A stretch of 64,000 bases of DNA from Antedon mediterranea (taxonomy: Eukaryota; Animalia; Echinodermata). The DNA lies in the NCBI RefSeq assembly GCF_964355755.1, contig NC_092675.1, positions 31,634,885-31,698,884 of the forward strand. Reading direction: 5' to 3'. Below the pieces are notes generated by a model. That model had not been told where the DNA came from. It saw only the letters and a program-made list of their open reading frames with translations, and did no database searches. Positions within the stretch are counted from its first letter, which is position 1. Every line of letters starts with the position of its first letter. Below are positions 1-11,700 of the stretch, piece after piece. The translations under genes were made by a program, and so were the position numbers.

Positions 1-1165
1 AGAAATAAGTCACTGAATGTTAATATCTTTTCGTATGTTAATACACTGTGCTCAAGAAGTGGACCCAATTTGGAGCCAGTGTAAAACAGTGATAAAAAAT
101 AGAAATAAGTCACTGAATTTTAATATCTTTTTGTATGTTAATACACTGTGCTCAAGTAGACCCAATTTGGAGCCAGGAGAGCACAGTGATATAAAATAGA
201 AATAAGTCACTGAATGTTAATATATTTTCGTATGTTAATACACTGTGCTCAAGTGGACCTAATTTGGCGCCAGTGGAGCACAGTGATATGAAATAGAAAT
301 AAGTCACTAAATTTTAATATCTTTTCGTATGTTATTACACTGTGCTCAAGTGGACTCAATTTGGAGCCAGGGGAGCACAGTGATATAAAATAGAAATAAG
401 TCACTGAATGTTAATATCTTTTCGTATGTTAATACACTGTGCTCAAGAAGTGGACCCAATTTGGAGCCAGTGGAAAACAGTGATAAAAAATAGAAATAAG
501 TCACTGAATGTTAATATCTTTTCGTATGTTAATACACTGTGCTCAAGTGGACCCAATTTGGAGCCAGTGGAGCACAGTGATATAAATAGAAATAAGTCAC
601 TGAATTTTAATATCTTTTCGTATGTTAATACACTGTGCTCAAGTGGACCCAATTTGGAGCCAGTGGAGCACAGTGATATAAAATAGAAAAAAGTCACTGA
701 ATTTTAATATCTTTTCGTATGTTAATACACTGTGCTCAAGTGGACCCAATTTGGCGCCAGGAGAGCACAGTGATATAAAATAGAAATAAGTCATTGAATG
801 TTAATATATTTTCGTATGTTAATACACTGTGCTCAAGTGGACCTAATTTGGCGCCAGTGGAGCACAGTGATATAAAATGGAAAAAGTCACTGAATTTTAA
901 TATCTTTTCGTATTTAATATACACTATGCTCAAGTGGACCCGATTTGGAGCCAGGGGAGCACTGTGATATAAAAATAGAAATAAGTCACTGAATTTTAAT
1001 ATCTTTTCGTATGTTAATACACTGTGCTTACGTGGACCCAATTTGGCGCGCGCGCCAGTGAGCACAGTAATATAAAATAGAAAAAAGTCACTAAATTTTA
1101 ATATCTTTTCGTATGTTAATACACTGTGCTCAAGTGGACCCAATTTGGCACCAATGGGAGCACAG
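1..1165. repeat. ~119-120 bp tandem satellite array (open at window start)
   Basis: Unit AGAAATAAGTCACTGAA...TTCGTATGTTAATACACTGTGCTCAAGTGGACCCAATTTGGAGCCAGTGGAGCACAGTGATATAAAAT repeated about 10 times. It is followed by a ~250 bp segment present twice (~1125-1370 and ~1520-1780). Confidence 0.95.
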
Positions 1166-2732
1166 GGAAATAGTCACATTCAAAAACATCGGGAAAAAAT
1201 ACTGGAATTTAAAAATATTTCAAACTTGGTATATACTGTATGTTCAATATCGGTTACTCCATCCGTAAACCAAAAGAAAAAATAGTTTCAAGCCACATCA
1301 GTGATTTTAATAAATTGCGTTCGCTTAAGATAATACTTATGAAAAAACGTACAATTCCGACACATAGGCCTATTATGTTAAACTCTAATAATGATTTTGA
1401 CAATAAAAAAACGGTTAGGAATTCGACTTTTTCCCTGTAAATTGAGCAACTTAAATTAAAAATATACCAAGAAATATATATTGAAATCAAGGAGTATTTT
1501 TTTGTTACAAAATAAATGTTCGTATGTTAATACTGTGCTCCAGTGGATCCAATTTGGCGCCAGTGGAGCACAGGGAAATAGTCACATACAAAAACATCAA
1601 GAAGAAATACTTCTGGATTTCAAAAATATTTCAAACTTGGTACGTATATATAAGTTCAATATCGGTTACTCCATCCGTGATGCAAAAGAAAAATTTGTTT
1701 TAAGCCACATTAGTGATTTTAATAACTTGTGTTTGTCTAAGATAAATACTTATGAAAGAACATACAATTCCAACACATAAACTTAGCGATTAAAAAAAAG
1801 ACATATTGAACGTGTAGTAACCTATTGAACGTATACTACCAAATTTCAAATGTGTAGGACAATTATTTTATGACGATCAAAATTTAAAGTTTAAAAAATC
1901 CTTAGTCGCATTTTTATCCGAATTATTACTCATTTTGTTTGTACTGTATTTTGACATGTTAAAATATGTTAAATGCATATCGCCGCAAATTACTCAATTA
2001 TTATTTTTATGTTGGGTCTGATATGTTCGTTTTATTTATGCACCTGTGTTCTTAAGACATGACCTGAGCTCCATGATAAAACATTTAATTACTCCTGTGT
2101 TGTATTAAAAACCAATCAAATGAAGACGACAAAGTTTTATTAAATTTATTTTTTTTTATCACTAATTTTCTTCTTGATTCTGCTTGTATTGATGTGTGAG
2201 TTCCTGATATTCCTCTTTGTTCCTTAGGTCACCTAAGCAATGGAAGGAAAAACGTTTTAATTAAATTTCTTTTTTTTTCTTAGCATTTCTATTTCTTTTT
2301 TCATAGCCAAACTAGTAATACGTCTGTACTAAGAGAGTATTAATTTAACTGTGTCACTGACAGTTGAATTTGTTTTTCGCCAAGACTCCATGATATAACT
2401 AAACTGGAATGGAAACAACAAATCTAATAAATGCAAATTGTAGTGGAATAACGTTAAGAATGATAACACTGTACTGGTAGTAATCGTCATAAAAAATACT
2501 ATACATACTATACAACAAAGCATGAGATGTGCGATAACTAATAGCAAAAACAATAGCACGGTCTAATATATGCGTGAATGGCGCGCCATAGTAATCTGTT
2601 GTAGCCGAAACTGTCTGTGGCCGAAACGGTCATATATGCCTCTGAATATACCTCCATTATATCGTGGACCGATCAAAAATGACGTTCTGAATTTATAATA
2701 CCTCTCTTTTGTTGCTTGCGAAACGTGAAATC

Positions 2733-5700
2733 ATGGCAGCCCATCTAAAAAAACGAGCATATGTTGAATTTAGTGTTTCTGTTATTAAAGTGAGTTCTTT
2801 TGTTGATTATATTCGGATAGAGGTCCTATGCCTAGGTAGGCTATTATTTATTAGGCCCGCCTGGACACTATAGACTATGGTTGACAGAAGATCGGGCCCA
2901 TGGACGATCGGACTTATTCCAAGACGATCGGGTAGCAACGCCTGTGGATGTGGGGCCTAACTGTGTGGACGTCCGGGCCCAATATAATTAGACGATCGGG
3001 CATAACATTAATTAGACGGGCCCATTCAGCTAAAAATAAAGGAAAGACGATTGGTCCACGAAAATGAATTAGATTTATAATTGTTCACCATAAAATGAAG
3101 TAAAGTTGGACGTCCTTTCCACGAGTTTGTGATACAAAAATGTATAGCCTAGCCTAGCTGGTAGGCCTAGCTAGGCCTTTTTATTTTTATTTCTTTATTC
3201 TGATATAAAATCAATAGGAGACGGCTTCTGTACAAGAATTATAAAATAATTGTAATAATATCATTAAAATAAAAATATATAATAATAATGATAATCTTTT
3301 TCTGTGCATGTGGTGTTTGTTGTGCAGATAAAACTAACTTGTCAAATCTAGTTATTCTTGCTTTTATTGTACTACTACTAAACCATTCATAAAAGGCCTG
3401 TTTGCATATTTTATTTTTTCAGGACGAACGTGGACAGAAATCATGAATAATTGATTGGGTGTCTCGAAAACAGAGACCTCGAAAACAGAGACCAGAGACC
3501 CGAGACCCAGAGTCTCTGTTTTCGAGAAAATCACGAAAACAGAGACCCCCTATATTATGTAATATTATTGAGACGTTTTAGTGGGGGTCTCTGTTTTCGA
3601 GATTTTCTCGAAAACAGAGACCCTGGATCTCTGGTCTCTGTTTTCGAGGTCTCTGTTTTCGAGACACCCATAATTGATTAATTATTTTCTATTATAAAGA
3701 ATTGCAAGATAGCTGATATACTTCCTAAATATACTAAACCTAACCTTCTAAATAATCTCTCAACTATATTAAAAGACCTCGAACTGAGGGCTCCAGTGTA
3801 TAAACAGGGGAACGCCTTTACCACTAGACCAAACATTTCGGTTGACGAACGCTGTTTACTATGTATGTACTGGGTAGTATCTGCTTTACTACCCAGCAGT
3901 GTGTCATTTGTTACCGCTTATGACTATGTATGTATTGGGTAGTATCTGCTTTACTACCCAGCAGATGTGTCATTTGTTACCGCTGTTTACTATGTATGTA
4001 CTGGGTAGTATCTGCTTTACTACCCAGCAGATGTGTCATTTGTTCAATGTGCATGAATACCATGAGGCAACCCTGCATTCAATTTGTGATGGACCTTTAA
4101 GAGAACAATGACACGCTATGACTGTCTCTTTGTGATTGATGTACCATTTAGGTTTTTTAATGCACCCCTGCGTGGATAAATTAAATAAAATAATTAAAAG
4201 TAGGTGTGTTATGTTAACACATATAATTTTCTATTCGTTGAATGGAGAGAATCTTTCATTCAATGACAAATTGACTGCTCCAATTTTGGCTCTGCCTCAT
4301 TAAGAATAGAGCAATCAATATTTTAACTCATGAAATATTCTCACCATCAAACTCATAAACATACATTATTTTTTATAATGACGCACTCATGGCCCACATC
4401 TATTGGTTTTAAACAGTACTGTAGCAATTTTTGACATTTTTTTAAAGGAGGAAGTATCAAAGCCTAAAACTCTTCGTTTGACTGTTCCTGTATCATCTGC
4501 ACCTCCATTATTAGATTTGAATTTAGCAAGTGGACCTCAAGAAATATTAACACAACTTAAAACATTAACCGATAGCCTTCCTCTATCCCCTCAGCATGTT
4601 GGTGAGTGTACTATTTGTACAATACACTTATTAAATTAGTAATTTAAATGTACAGTAGTCTTTAAAGTAGCTAAACATTTTGAAATACTAAGGAAGAACT
4701 CTTGAAAATTGCTACATCAATATTAAATATTTTGAATTATAAACTGTGTCATGTTCCACATTTAAATTAGTTAAATGCTACATTTACACAATAATTTGGT
4801 TAGAAGAAAGAGAATGTTTTCACCAGGCTTCCAATTGACTTGGTTAAATGAAACATTTTAATGTTTCATTGAAAAATGAGTAATTAAATTACTCATTTTT
4901 TGTATTCATTGTCCAACTTATAACAATATTCATTATTTCAATAAAATTACTTTTAATGAATTTAATGTTGGCATTTATTCTATTTTTAGACTCAGTAATT
5001 CATACACTCATAGAACATTTACGAAAAGAAGAAATTGCGTACATCAAAGCTCGTATTATTAGCATTCTTGGTATACTAACAAGAACACCAGATTGTAACA
5101 AAACACTAGTCATTGATGAACTAACTCAAATGCTACGGAGGGAAAGTATGCTTACTTTTGGATCTAAATACTGAGTGATTCTTAAACTTATCTCAACTTA
5201 ATAATTTACCATCATTTTTAAATGTAATTTTATCATAAGATTTAGCGATTATTATTATCTGTTTTTCTTAAATAACCAATTTATTTCTTTAGCTTCTCAT
5301 AAAGTATGTGCTGAGCTATTTGGTACCATTTACAACATCTGTAGAGCTATTCCGAATTCTATAGACTTGCATCAAAAACTTGTTGTCCTAGCCTACAAGG
5401 TAAAGATAACTTTTAACAATCTATAATCAATCAAAAAATGTACAGTATGATCACTAAAATTCCCCAGTACTGCTATAACAACAACAACAATACTATGAAT
5501 ATTACTATAAAAACATCAATGCTTATTACAGTGTATAGAGTACAACACAGCTCACGGTACCGACTTGCAACACGTATCGCCTGATTTGTATTGGTTTCGG
5601 TTCTGTAAATTCTAGCATTGTTTGTACCATTCAAAACATTCTACATCAAGCATTCATCCACTATTGATTAATTTCAAATTAATGTTAAAAACTTCAGTTT

Positions 5701-8700
5701 TCTCTCATTTTTTTAAATTTCTGTAATACTAATAGAATTGTTTTTATTATCTGTTTTTGTTATAGGATCTTTTATATTTGATAATATTATATTGATAATA
5801 TTGTGCTAAATATCATTTTATACATTTCAGCATTTATCCAATTCAGACCATTCTGTGCGGCAACATTGTCTTTCAATAATAGGAACATTAGGATCCAAAG
5901 AAACACATGTAAAAATTAATGAAAAACAAGAAAGTCCATTACAAGTGTTAACAGCTTATGCAAAAGATCAAGACCCAAGAGTTCGTAGTAGCGCATTTGA
6001 AGCTATGGTGAGTATAAATCATAATAAATCTTAATAAATATAATTTTAATTAGAAAACAAGAAAATCATGTGATTATGTAATGGTGATAAAAGAAAGATA
6101 AACAAGAAATATAGATTATTTCAGAAGTTGAAATGCCAACGTTCCTTGCTTATGAGTAAATAGCAGATAAAATAAACTTAACATAATGGTATTTTGCATT
6201 GTTTTTTTTTGTGCAAAATTCAGGCTGAATTTATAATTATTTGTAATTATATAGTTCTATGTTAATATAAAGTTTGCGGTACACCACGTGTATTAGTTCT
6301 GAAAAGAACTGTTGAGTTTCTCGACGTTTCGATCAATATACTTTGATCGTCCTCAGGAGTGAGAATCTAATTTTGATTATGAATTAAAACGTTAATGGAT
6401 TCCTGGTTTAAATACTTAATAGTTTTCACTTACACAAATGTTTGATAAAATAGTTCCATCAGTCTGAACATGTATTACAATATTTGTGAAAGTGTTGACA
6501 AAGTTCTTAATATAGCCTTAATTGCTCTTACTTAGATGAATATTGTTCTTGTTTATGTGTAATTTTGACAAAAGAGTAATATAATATTTTTTACATTTTT
6601 ATAGTTATCGTTTCATCAAAAGGGTCAAGTTTTGGAACAGTCTATTTATAAACAGGTATACACTGCTCTACATGATGATAGTGAAAGTGTTCGTTTAGCA
6701 GCATTACGCCTTATGTGGGTCATAGGTCATGTCTATCCTGAGAGTCTTATACCTGTAGTTGATTCAGATGAGAAGTTGCGACTTGTTGATGATGCGTTTG
6801 CTAAGATTTGTCAATTAGTAAATGATTCAAGTGTTTTGGTGCGTACCACTGCTGTAGGATTGCTTGGTTCTTTGCATCGTGTCAGCCCACATTTCTTGGA
6901 GCAGACTTTGGATAAGAAGCTGATGTCAGGATTAAGGGTGAGTTTATGCAGTAAAACAAAGAGTACAGTACAAGGAAAATGAAACCTTCGAATGTACCTT
7001 GTCGACATAACCTAATAAGTAAGCTATAGAATTGTACTCTACTATACATCAATCTCCTACTGCATCATTGAATCAGAATTGGTTCTTTTAATTTCGTTTA
7101 GCGTAAAAGAACTGCACATGAGCGGCAAAAAGAACAATTTGTTTCTGGTGAATGGTCCAGTGGTAAAAAGTGGGGAGATGATGCTCCTAAAGAGGAACTT
7201 GATCCAGAGGCTGTAACCTTAATGGATACTGGAGCTTGTGGAGCATTTGTTCATGGACTTGAAGATGAATTCTTAGGTTTGCCAATGATTGTTTTTTATA
7301 TATAACAAATATGTAAATATAGTATTTAAAAACCACCATGACATTTATTTAACCGTTGTATATAATAACATCGATAGTTACAAGCAAATGTGACTATAGT
7401 ACAAAGACCATGTTCATCTGTATTTTTATTGTAACCTCATATCCATACAATTTTTTTTTGTAGGTTTAACCATACTGTACTATTAGTATGATGAAGATTT
7501 TGAAATTCATTGTGTTGTGTGCATAATTGTGACCATAACTGATAAGGTGTATACCTAAAATATAGATAGTTAACATTGTATTGTATCTAATGTGACAATC
7601 CTTTTATATTTAAAGTGATTATTTTACAGAGGTAAGACATGCAGCTTTAGATTCTCTGTGTGAGCTTGCCAGCCAGTCACCAGCATTTGCCTCTTTATCA
7701 TTGGATTATCTGGTGGATATGTTAAATGATGAAATTGAAAGTGTGCGTCTGAATGCTGTATATAGTTTACACAAGATAAGCAAAGACATTGTTTTAAGAG
7801 AAGACCAGCTTGAAACTGTGCTAAATGGCCTTGAGGTTAGTAAAATATTACAAAATAACCACTGATCTAAAAGTATTGAAATATAAAACTATATTCATTG
7901 ACTTCACTGTAATCGTCTTGAGATCAGTCAAATTGATGATTAAAGAAAGAACACCTATATACCATGCATAAAGAAACTCTAATAAACCACCCAGTGATAT
8001 AATGGTAATTCAATCATTTATAAATGGTTAACACTTTCACTGCGTATAACCGGTACTACTGGGTATAAATAGACGTCGTTGAAATATGTATACACGGTAC
8101 TACCGGGTATGGGCAAAACATGATTTAATCGTATTTGCCTATAATATATAGCACCCTCTATATTTTGTCTTGAACCAAAGAATATATATCACAAGAATGA
8201 GTATTCCTCGATTTTCCCTGTAACAGTAATATTGTCCATGTAGTAGGGCGCCGCCATAAGTGTCGATGTATCTGGGATGTATACAACTTTTTGTGACTGT
8301 TTCACTAATCAAAGGTTGGACCACCGGTAGTATTTTCATGATAAAAAATGTTATCAACTACATGCCAACATCATGTTAAATAATATTTGGATATTTAATT
8401 GTTCGTTTTATGCAATTTATTTAGTAAAAACTTCGTATAAACAGTTTGCTTTATCAACCGGGCGCTACGATAGCGTGACCGGGCATGTTGATGTTTTCAC
8501 GAAGGATAGTTTAATAATATTCCTGTTTCTGGTAAAATAAATAAATGTTAATGACATTTAACATTTTGTCCTATTAATAACATGTATTTTATACTAAGTT
8601 ATATCATAAAAACAATACTTAGTCTATATCGTGCCTAGCTTACCTGGATAAACCAACATAAGCCTCTCTCTCCGACGAGAGGTAAACATTACGAAAAGAA

Positions 8701-11700
8701 GAACATTAATAACATTAATTTTTCCCCACCCCCGTCGGATAATGGATCAGTCCGCCACCAGTACGCCCTCAAGTGAGACACACCCACTTATCATCGTTAT
8801 CATTTCTTTTCGTAACGTCGTTGTGTACGTACGTCTTTTTCTGAACACATTCCTGGAATTCCTGAGGAATTTGCGATAAAGACTTTTATACTGTAGACTG
8901 GAAGAGAAGAATAGAGCAAGAAAACGAAGCTAAGTGTAGTAGATCGTTATCTTGTGGTTGGATACGTTTAGAATCGTTACCCTTGGCTAGTTGCCAGGAG
9001 TTAAAATTTAGCGTTGTAAGCCGTTATCCAGAGTGTTTCACCTGGATAGAAATACTGGAAGATCTTTTGTTGTTCGTTAGGCTAGTGGGTAGAAGTAGGT
9101 CTGTTAGATCACCATGCCTAAGCAGGAGTGTGTTAAATGTAGGGGTCCCCGCTCTACCGTGTGTCCGCTGGACACCGTCCAAGTTCAAATCGCTCCCTAA
9201 GCCTAAGGAGCGCACGGAGGCTGTACCACCTCCGGAGGTGGGTACCGCCGATACGGCAGGCCCTCCTGCCGTCGCGCCGGAAGTTAGCCTTCCAGATATG
9301 CCTGCACCGGCTGCGGCCTCTGCGGTTCCGGGGGTGAATGAGATTTCTCCGGGGTTACTGCAAGCCATTGTTGCAGCTGTGAGAGCTCTGCCGAGGGATG
9401 AGCCTGAGGTACCCTCTCAGATTAGACCTCCTCCCCAGATTCCATACATTGATGTTGGCCCACAGCAGACCTCGTTTTTCGATGGTTCGTCCGTCCGGCA
9501 AAGGGATTACGATAGTGACAGGACGATGGCCTCGCTCTCTGACGATGATAGAGATAGCTTAAGAGAACAGGCCGGGCCAGGGGAGGAAGGTCTGCAGGCG
9601 CTAGTTATGCGGACGGTCCCCGCGGTGCTGTCCTTTCTCGGCGTCGATTTCACGTATCGCGAGCCTAAGCATACTCCTTCGTCTAAGCGGGTTTCCACTT
9701 TTGGCGTACGCACGCCCTTTAAGAAGGTATCTTCGTGCCCGGTTACGCCTCTCGATCCAGAACTTGTGGAACGTGTGGAGCTGATCGCTAAGGAGTCCAA
9801 GATTCGTAGGCCTATGCCTTATAGCCTGTCATCGGCTTTTCCGGTGCCGCAGAAACAATTCGAACTGTACATCGCGGCGCCGAGCGTCCCGGAGGCAGCG
9901 AAGGAACGGGTCCGTGAGGACCAGAACCTGGACCCGTCCAGGACTAATTTTTTGAAGCCTTCGGAATCCCGGACAGAGGACGTCCTTACGTCCGTCGACA
10001 GGGCCGCACGCGAGACGCTTAGAGCCGCCTCTATGGCCGGGTACTTGCTATCCTTTCTGGCTGATCCAGAACATCCGCCCCAGGGCGATTCGGACGTGAT
10101 AGCTCTACTACAGCAGATCATGGGCCTGGTTGTTGATCAACAGGCAACGATCTCATTATCTGCGGCCGCGGCCCGTCGCGTTAACGTCTTGGGTGCAACT
10201 GACATCGCACCGACCGATTTCCGTAGGTTTACTACGTCTGACTCCTTCGGGGCGCAGGACTTGTTCTTTGGCTCCTTCTCACAGAAGGAGGATAAATGGG
10301 CTCGTGAGAGGGAAGCTCGTCGGGAGACAAGAGCGCGCTTCCCGCAAAAACGCCGAGCTAGCAATTCACGCTCAAGGACAGCCGCACGACCGCCGCCTGT
10401 CCCTGCTGCTCCTCAGCAGATGCAGCCTCCCCCGCCGCCACCGGCTCAGCCTATGCAAAGTCAGGCTTCTACATCAAGACAGGCTTCACACCCCCCTCGC
10501 GGAATGCGAAATAGGGGTGGCAAAGGCGCCACCAACAGGAGTGGTCGCCGGTATTATAATGTGAAGCGCCGGTGACGGCCCGGGGACGCCCGTCCCTCCA
10601 AGCGAGGGCGGGCAGGTGGGGGGTCGCTTGAAACGGTTTTCACGGGTTTGGGAGACCCTGACCACAGACAGATGGGTTCTCTCCACCGTGACACACGGGT
10701 ATCGTATCGAATTCTCGAGCCCTCCGGTGAGCGGAGGTGCCCGGCACACGAGGATTCCGTCAGAGCCGGAAAAGAGTCAAGCGCTCATGACGGGCCTCGA
10801 AGCACTGCTCCAGAAAGGAGCTGTGGTGCATGTTCAGAAGGAACAACTTACGATCCCGGGACACGAATCCACCGTTTTCCTCGCCCAGAAAAAATCGGGC
10901 GATTGGCGACCCATCCTAAACCTCAAAAGTCTGAACAAGCGGTACATCCGGCCCCGCAGGTTCAGGATGGAGACTGTCTCATCTATCCTGTTGGGGCTAA
11001 GACGAGGGGACTGGGCAGCCACAATAGACTTGAAAGACGCGTACTTTCACGTGCCTATTGCGCAAGAGCACCAGAGTTGGCTGCGCTTCCGCATTCACGA
11101 TCAGGTATACCAATTCGTAGCTCTGCCGTTCGGCCTCTCAACGGCCCCACGAGTGTTTACTCGTCTAGTGAGAACCCTGGCGGCGTTCTTTCATCAACAC
11201 GGCATCAGAGTGTTCATGTACTTAGACGATTGGTTGATCGTGGCCCAGTCCAGGGACCAGCTGCTGAGCAGCTTATCTTTTGTCCGCCTCGTGACGGAAC
11301 AAGCAGGGTTCATAATAAACGAGGAGAAGTCATGTCTTCTCCCTTCTCAGAACCCTCTGTATCTCGGAGCCCAAATAAATTTGGTTACGGGCCGTGCGTG
11401 CCCATCCATCGAGCGTGTGGCCAAGGCAAGAACTGCAGTGCTACATCTTATCAATGCTCAGGCTCCGACGGCGTACGACTGGCTACGCACCTTGGGGTCA
11501 CTGGCCAGCTTCGTCGCCCTCGTTCCGTTCTGCCGGTTAAGGATGCGGCCTCTACATCTGCACCTTCTGGCAGCATACCGCCCAAGATCAGACTCTCTAC
11601 ACAAAGTGGTTCCAACGAATGCGTTCATTATCTCGCATCTCGAATGGTGGCTCGTGGAAGACAGGTTACTTGTGGGCACACCTATACAAAGGTCAATTCC

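Noticed and set aside
1-1165. Regular repeats as a CRISPR array, and the ORFs across them
   Set aside because: Whole units repeat without unique spacers, there are no cas genes, and the context is eukaryotic. The ORFs are translations of the satellite.
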